Below, piece after piece: positions 59,960 to 64,000 of a stretch of DNA of 64,000 nucleotides. The notes beneath the pieces are model-generated. The model was not told the DNA's origin, did no database searches, and saw only the letters and a program-made list of their open reading frames with translations. Within the stretch, counting starts at the first letter, position 1. Every line of letters begins with the position of its first letter. The stretch comes from Mobula hypostoma (taxonomy: Eukaryota): assembly GCF_963921235.1 (NCBI RefSeq), contig NC_086108.1:96784001-96848000 (forward strand), read 5' to 3'. A program made the translations under genes and the position numbers.

Positions 59960-61353
59960 CATGAAAAACTAAGAAGTCTAAAACTGAAATGTCAGCAGTT
60001 CAAAAGTATTCATCCCCCTGTACTCAGTACTTACAGCTATTACAGCCAGTAGTTTTTTTGATAGTCTCTGCTAGCTTTACACAACATGATGGAACAAGAT
60101 TTGTCCATTCTACCTTGCAAAATAGCTCAAGCTCTGCTAGGTTAATTGGGGAGTGGCGGTGGATAGCAATCTTGGTCTTGTCAGAGATGTTTGATCGGAT
60201 TAAGGTCAGGACTCTGGGCCACTCAGGGACATCAATTTTCTTCATTTGAAGCCACTCCGCTGTTGCTCTCGAAGTAGTCATTGTCCGGCTGAATGACCAT
60301 CTTCCTCCCCAATTTAAGCTTTCTGGCAGAGGCTAGTAAGTTTTTATCCAGGATTTGTCTGCATTTAGCAGCATTCATCTTCCATTCAATCCTGACCAGA
60401 TTTCCAATCCCTCCTGCTGAAAAGCATCCCCATAGCATGATGTTGTCTCCAACATACTTTACAGTAGAGATGCTGTTACTCAGTGATGCGCAGTATTAGA
60501 TTTATGCCACTCATTCTGCTTAGTGTTGAGACCAAAAAGTTCCACTTTAGTCTCATCTGACCACAAGACCCTACACATCTTTGCATTATCTTCTAAGTGC
60601 GGATAAGGATATGTTTTTTTTAAGCCAGAGCTTTTTTCTTACCACTCTTCCATAAATACCCTTTTTTTGTGTAAGGCCCGAGAGAATGTGGAGTCACGAA
60701 CTTCATCTCCAATTGCAGTGACTAACTTCTGCAGCTCACTCAGTGATTGTTGCCATCGCAATGCCATTCTTCTTTAGTGACTAAGTAGGAGGGCGGCCTG
60801 ACCTAGGCAGTGTGGCTGTGGTTTCATATTTTTCCACTTTTTCACATTAGACTGCACTGAGCTCCGAGGTATGTTCAGTACCTTTGAAATGGTCTTCCAT
60901 CTTTATCCAGATTTGTGCTTCTCTATTATCATTTCTCTTACTTACCTTGAATGCTGTTTTGTCTTCATTTTGGTTTGGTCTGTTGAAAATCTACCATGCT
61001 GTTGGGCCTTACAGAGAGATGGGGTATTTATTCTTTTGCATCCACGAAAAACAGGTGATCCTCCAATTTTCTGCATCAACAAACAGGGTGAGTTGGTATG
61101 GTAATATACGGCATTGCACTTGAGAAAAGTTAGTGTAGTAATTACAAGGGGGATGAATACTTTTCAACCTCACAATTTTCGTTTTTAATTTTTAGTAAAT
61201 CCTTGACAGGCTTTGAATTTTTTTTTATTTGAATGATGCATAATGTTTTGTAGATTAGCTTAAAAATCCTGCTTCAAGCTATTTTAAATTTAGAAAGTGA
61301 GATGGTAAAATGTGAAAATAGTTGTGGGGGTTGAATACTTTTTCAAGGCACTG
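59960..61353 (-). mobile_element. Tc1-family transposon, decayed; left TIR partial
   Basis: Minus-strand LWSDETKVELFG, IMLWGCFS.GG.G.LVRI..KMNAAK.RQIL..NLL.SARKL, Q.DND, EWP.SPDLNPI; right end TGAATACTTTTTCAAGGCACTG with internal direct repeat (about 61150). Confidence 0.87.
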
Positions 61354-61355
61354 TT

Positions 61356-62132
61356 CAGTAGATTCTGGTTCATCGGGACACATTTTGGCCCAATTCAGCT
61401 GCTACTTCAATTTTTATGGAAAAAGTAAAAAAGGTATAAAAAAGACAAACTGAGTAACAAATTATGTGTTTTAAATGAAATACAGAACAAATTAGAACAC
61501 TACCAATACTACTACAGTACTATAAAACTGTGTACTAGTTCCTAATCACCCTTCTGATTCGCATTCTAACATGTCAGTCCATGACTTATTCTACTGTCGC
61601 GATAAGACCACACTCTAGTTGGAGGAGCAACACCTTATTTTCCGTCTGGGTAGCCTCCAACCTGATGGCATGAACATCAATTTCTCAAACTCCTGATAAT
61701 CTTCCCCCGCCCACTCACCATTCCCCATTCCCATTTCCCTCTCACCTTATCTCCTTCAAATTCTTCCTCATTCCTAACTTGTCAAAGTAGTGAAATTGTT
61801 TCATTTTCACTCCGAGCTGTTTCACTCCACTGCTTGAAACTGCAGTGGGCAAAACAGTTCTGAATTGTCTTGCTACTTATTTTTGCCGAACAGATGCAAC
61901 TGACTATTTAAAAGCTGTTTGCTCTAAGCACGGCATAGTGTCTGACAGCCACACAAGTGCATGTGACTGACACTAGTTGGAAATGGTTTAGCAATAGTGT
62001 CCTCTCCCAATTAAGCAGCATAGTTCTCCAAATAACTGATGGGAGTCATGGCTATTTTCTCCTATTAGTTTTTTGTTTTTTTTTTGAAAGTTGCCCCAAC
62101 GAAGTGTCCACCTGATTACCCGTAATCCACTG
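61356..62132. mobile_element. Tc1/pogo-type MITE containing a PLE fragment (about 61545-61760)
   Basis: Ends CAGTAGATTCTGG / CGTAATCCACTG|TA; subterminal CCCAATT repeats; internal LEEQHLIFRLGSLQPDGMNINF. Confidence 0.65.
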
Positions 62133-62273
62133 TATCTAGATTTCCTATTTAGATAATAGTCTTTTATCACCAAATCCCCAAATAACCAAAATAATTTATC
62201 TACTTACCATTTTAAAAAATTTTGAGGTGATATCAAATCAAAATTTTGATGCACTGTACAAATTCCTTTTGTA

Positions 62274-63184
62274 TAGTCGGCCCTCCTTATCCGCGAGTTC
62301 CGCATGCGCGAATTCAACCAACCGCGAATCGAGAAAACCCGGAAGTGCTCTTCTAGCACTTGTTGTTCAAACATGTACAGACTATTTTCTTGTCATTATT
62401 CCCTAAACAATGCAGTAAAACAACTATTTTACATAGCATTTACATTGTACAGTATTAGGTATTATAAGTAATCTAGAGATGATTTAAAGTATATGGGAGG
62501 ATGTGCGTAGGTTATCGTGGATTGAGATCGGAAAAAAAACGGAAGTTCTCTTACTAAGTTGGAACAGGTACATCCAGTATTATTTAGAGTCCGTTAGTCG
62601 AACGTTTGTTTTAGTACATAGTATATATTTTACCTTTCTATGCATATAAAACACTTAAGAAACGTATGTTTCAGTGCTGGGCCAGGGAACAGAAGTTCCC
62701 GAGTTCGATCCAGTGACAGATCGCTCCTGAGCATGCTGTCCATCCCTGCCGGGTTGATGTGGAGGATCAAAAACCCAAAACCCCAAAACCCAATAATTAA
62801 ACCACTGTGTTGCTTAGTAATAATTGTAGCTTTCATCGGGGCAGGGATTTTCTCACTTTATCCTTTAAAATTGTTCTGATCGTTGACCAACTGTAGCCTA
62901 ACACTTTTCCAATGACCGATGGCGTTTCACCTCTTTCCGATCGCTTTATTATTTCCGCTTCATTTTTAAATTGCGATTGCGAATATTTTCGTGAACAGAA
63001 ACACTGTGGATTCAGAGCTCCACCACCGGGTCCTAATGCCCACCGCACTGATACAGGTTAAATAAGGTCCGGGGTTCCGCTGGGTCCTAAGGTCCAGGTT
63101 GTATAAGGGACTTGAACATCCATGTTTTTTGGTATCCACGAGGGGTCCCGGAACCAATCCCTCGCGGATAAGGAGGGCTGACTG
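62274..63184 (-). mobile_element. MER2-like Tigger non-autonomous element with mosaic interior
   Basis: TIR (T/C)AGTC(G/A)GCCCTCCTTATCCGCGAG; flanks TA / CA; internal Tigger HTH fragment (about 62795-62985). Confidence 0.88.
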
Positions 63185-63514
63185 CATTCCCCTTTTTTGT
63201 GGTTCTTACAAATAGCTTTGTCACCTTTTGCTGTTCTTTATTTCTCTTACAGTGCTTAAGATCTGTTCTTTGGTTTTGTGTGTTTCTTTTGACAGTTTTT
63301 ATTGTTTCCAGTGTGCTGTTCGTGATCCATTGATGTTTTGTTTTTGGAAAATAGAGCTTTTGTTACTTTGGGATTTCACCCAATTCTGTATTAAAATGTT
63401 TTTTTAATATCTCCCTCTAAAGGATTTGCTCAGTTTATTTATCATACAGAAGTCAACTTTTGTCAAAGTGAAGAATAGCAGTAAAAGATTCCTCCTTTTG
63501 AATACTTTTAAAGT

Positions 63515-64000
63515 TCATTCTTCAGGATGTGGAGCTGTCAGAACCATCATTTGTAGCTCCCCTGTTGCTCTTTATAATATAGTGATAAGTTTGCTCAAAC
63601 CTCCACAATACTATTGGTTAGGGAGTTCTGACTTTTAGACTGAGAGATGCTGAAATATTAGTAATATCTTTGTAAATCAGGATGTGTATGAGTTGGTAAA
63701 AACACCTTTGGTGATGATGTTCCTATGTGCCTAATAGAGGTTGTATGTTTGGGAGGTGCTGTCTGGGTTGCCTAACTGAGTAATTGGAATGCTCTGTATT
63801 GATGCTGAACAGTGTAGTCTTGTTTTATTGGTAGTGGAGGCAATGAATATTTAGGGTGACGATTGTGGTGCCAATTAAGCAGGCTGTTTTGTAGTGGATG
63901 TTGTTAAGCATATTGAGTGCACTCATTGAGGCACAGTGGGTAATATTCCAGCATGGACCTGACTTTTGAGTTTCCAGAAGTGAAGAGGCTACATAATACA
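63515..64000 (-). mobile_element. Ancient LINE 3' region (CR1/L2 group)
   Basis: Recalled landmarks GGGAGTTCTGACTTTTAGAC, AATCAGGATGTGT, GGTGATGATGTTCCTATG; related plus-strand remnants at about 14140-14360 and 29670-29820. Confidence 0.45.

Noticed and set aside
1..64000. CRISPR arrays, operons, retrons or other prokaryotic systems suggested by RT ORFs and repeats
   Set aside because: No regularly spaced repeat-spacer array; all RTs have CR1, Rex, PLE or Gypsy signatures in a vertebrate repeat context.

Overview
Eukaryotic, repeat-dominated intronic or intergenic DNA. It is most likely from a cartilaginous fish (ray or skate type), inferred from the repeat complement: CR1 LINEs, V-SINE/HE1-like and SacSINE1/Deu-like SINEs, and abundant Penelope-like elements (PLEs). 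No host protein-coding exon, tRNA, rRNA or CRISPR array could be supported; all long ORFs are transposon-derived. Main contents: (1) a structurally complete but mutationally dead Gypsy LTR retrotransposon (35385-39665) with a -1 frameshift signal; (2) two young 5'-truncated CR1 LINEs with open RT frames, plus many decayed LINEs; (3) two long PLE copies and many short PLE-derived fold-back insertions carrying minimal type I hammerhead ribozyme motifs; (4) Tc1, Tigger/MER2-like and hAT (Charlie3-like, ZBED5-like, GTF2IRD2-like) DNA transposon derivatives, several composite or nested; (5) a 1.6-kb local inversion (about 30799-32377) reconstructed from split TE fragments. The most interesting system is the family of TSD-flanked, palindromic, ribozyme-bearing PLE mini-elements. 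Family names come from recalled motifs, not database searches. Boundaries of decayed repeats are approximate.
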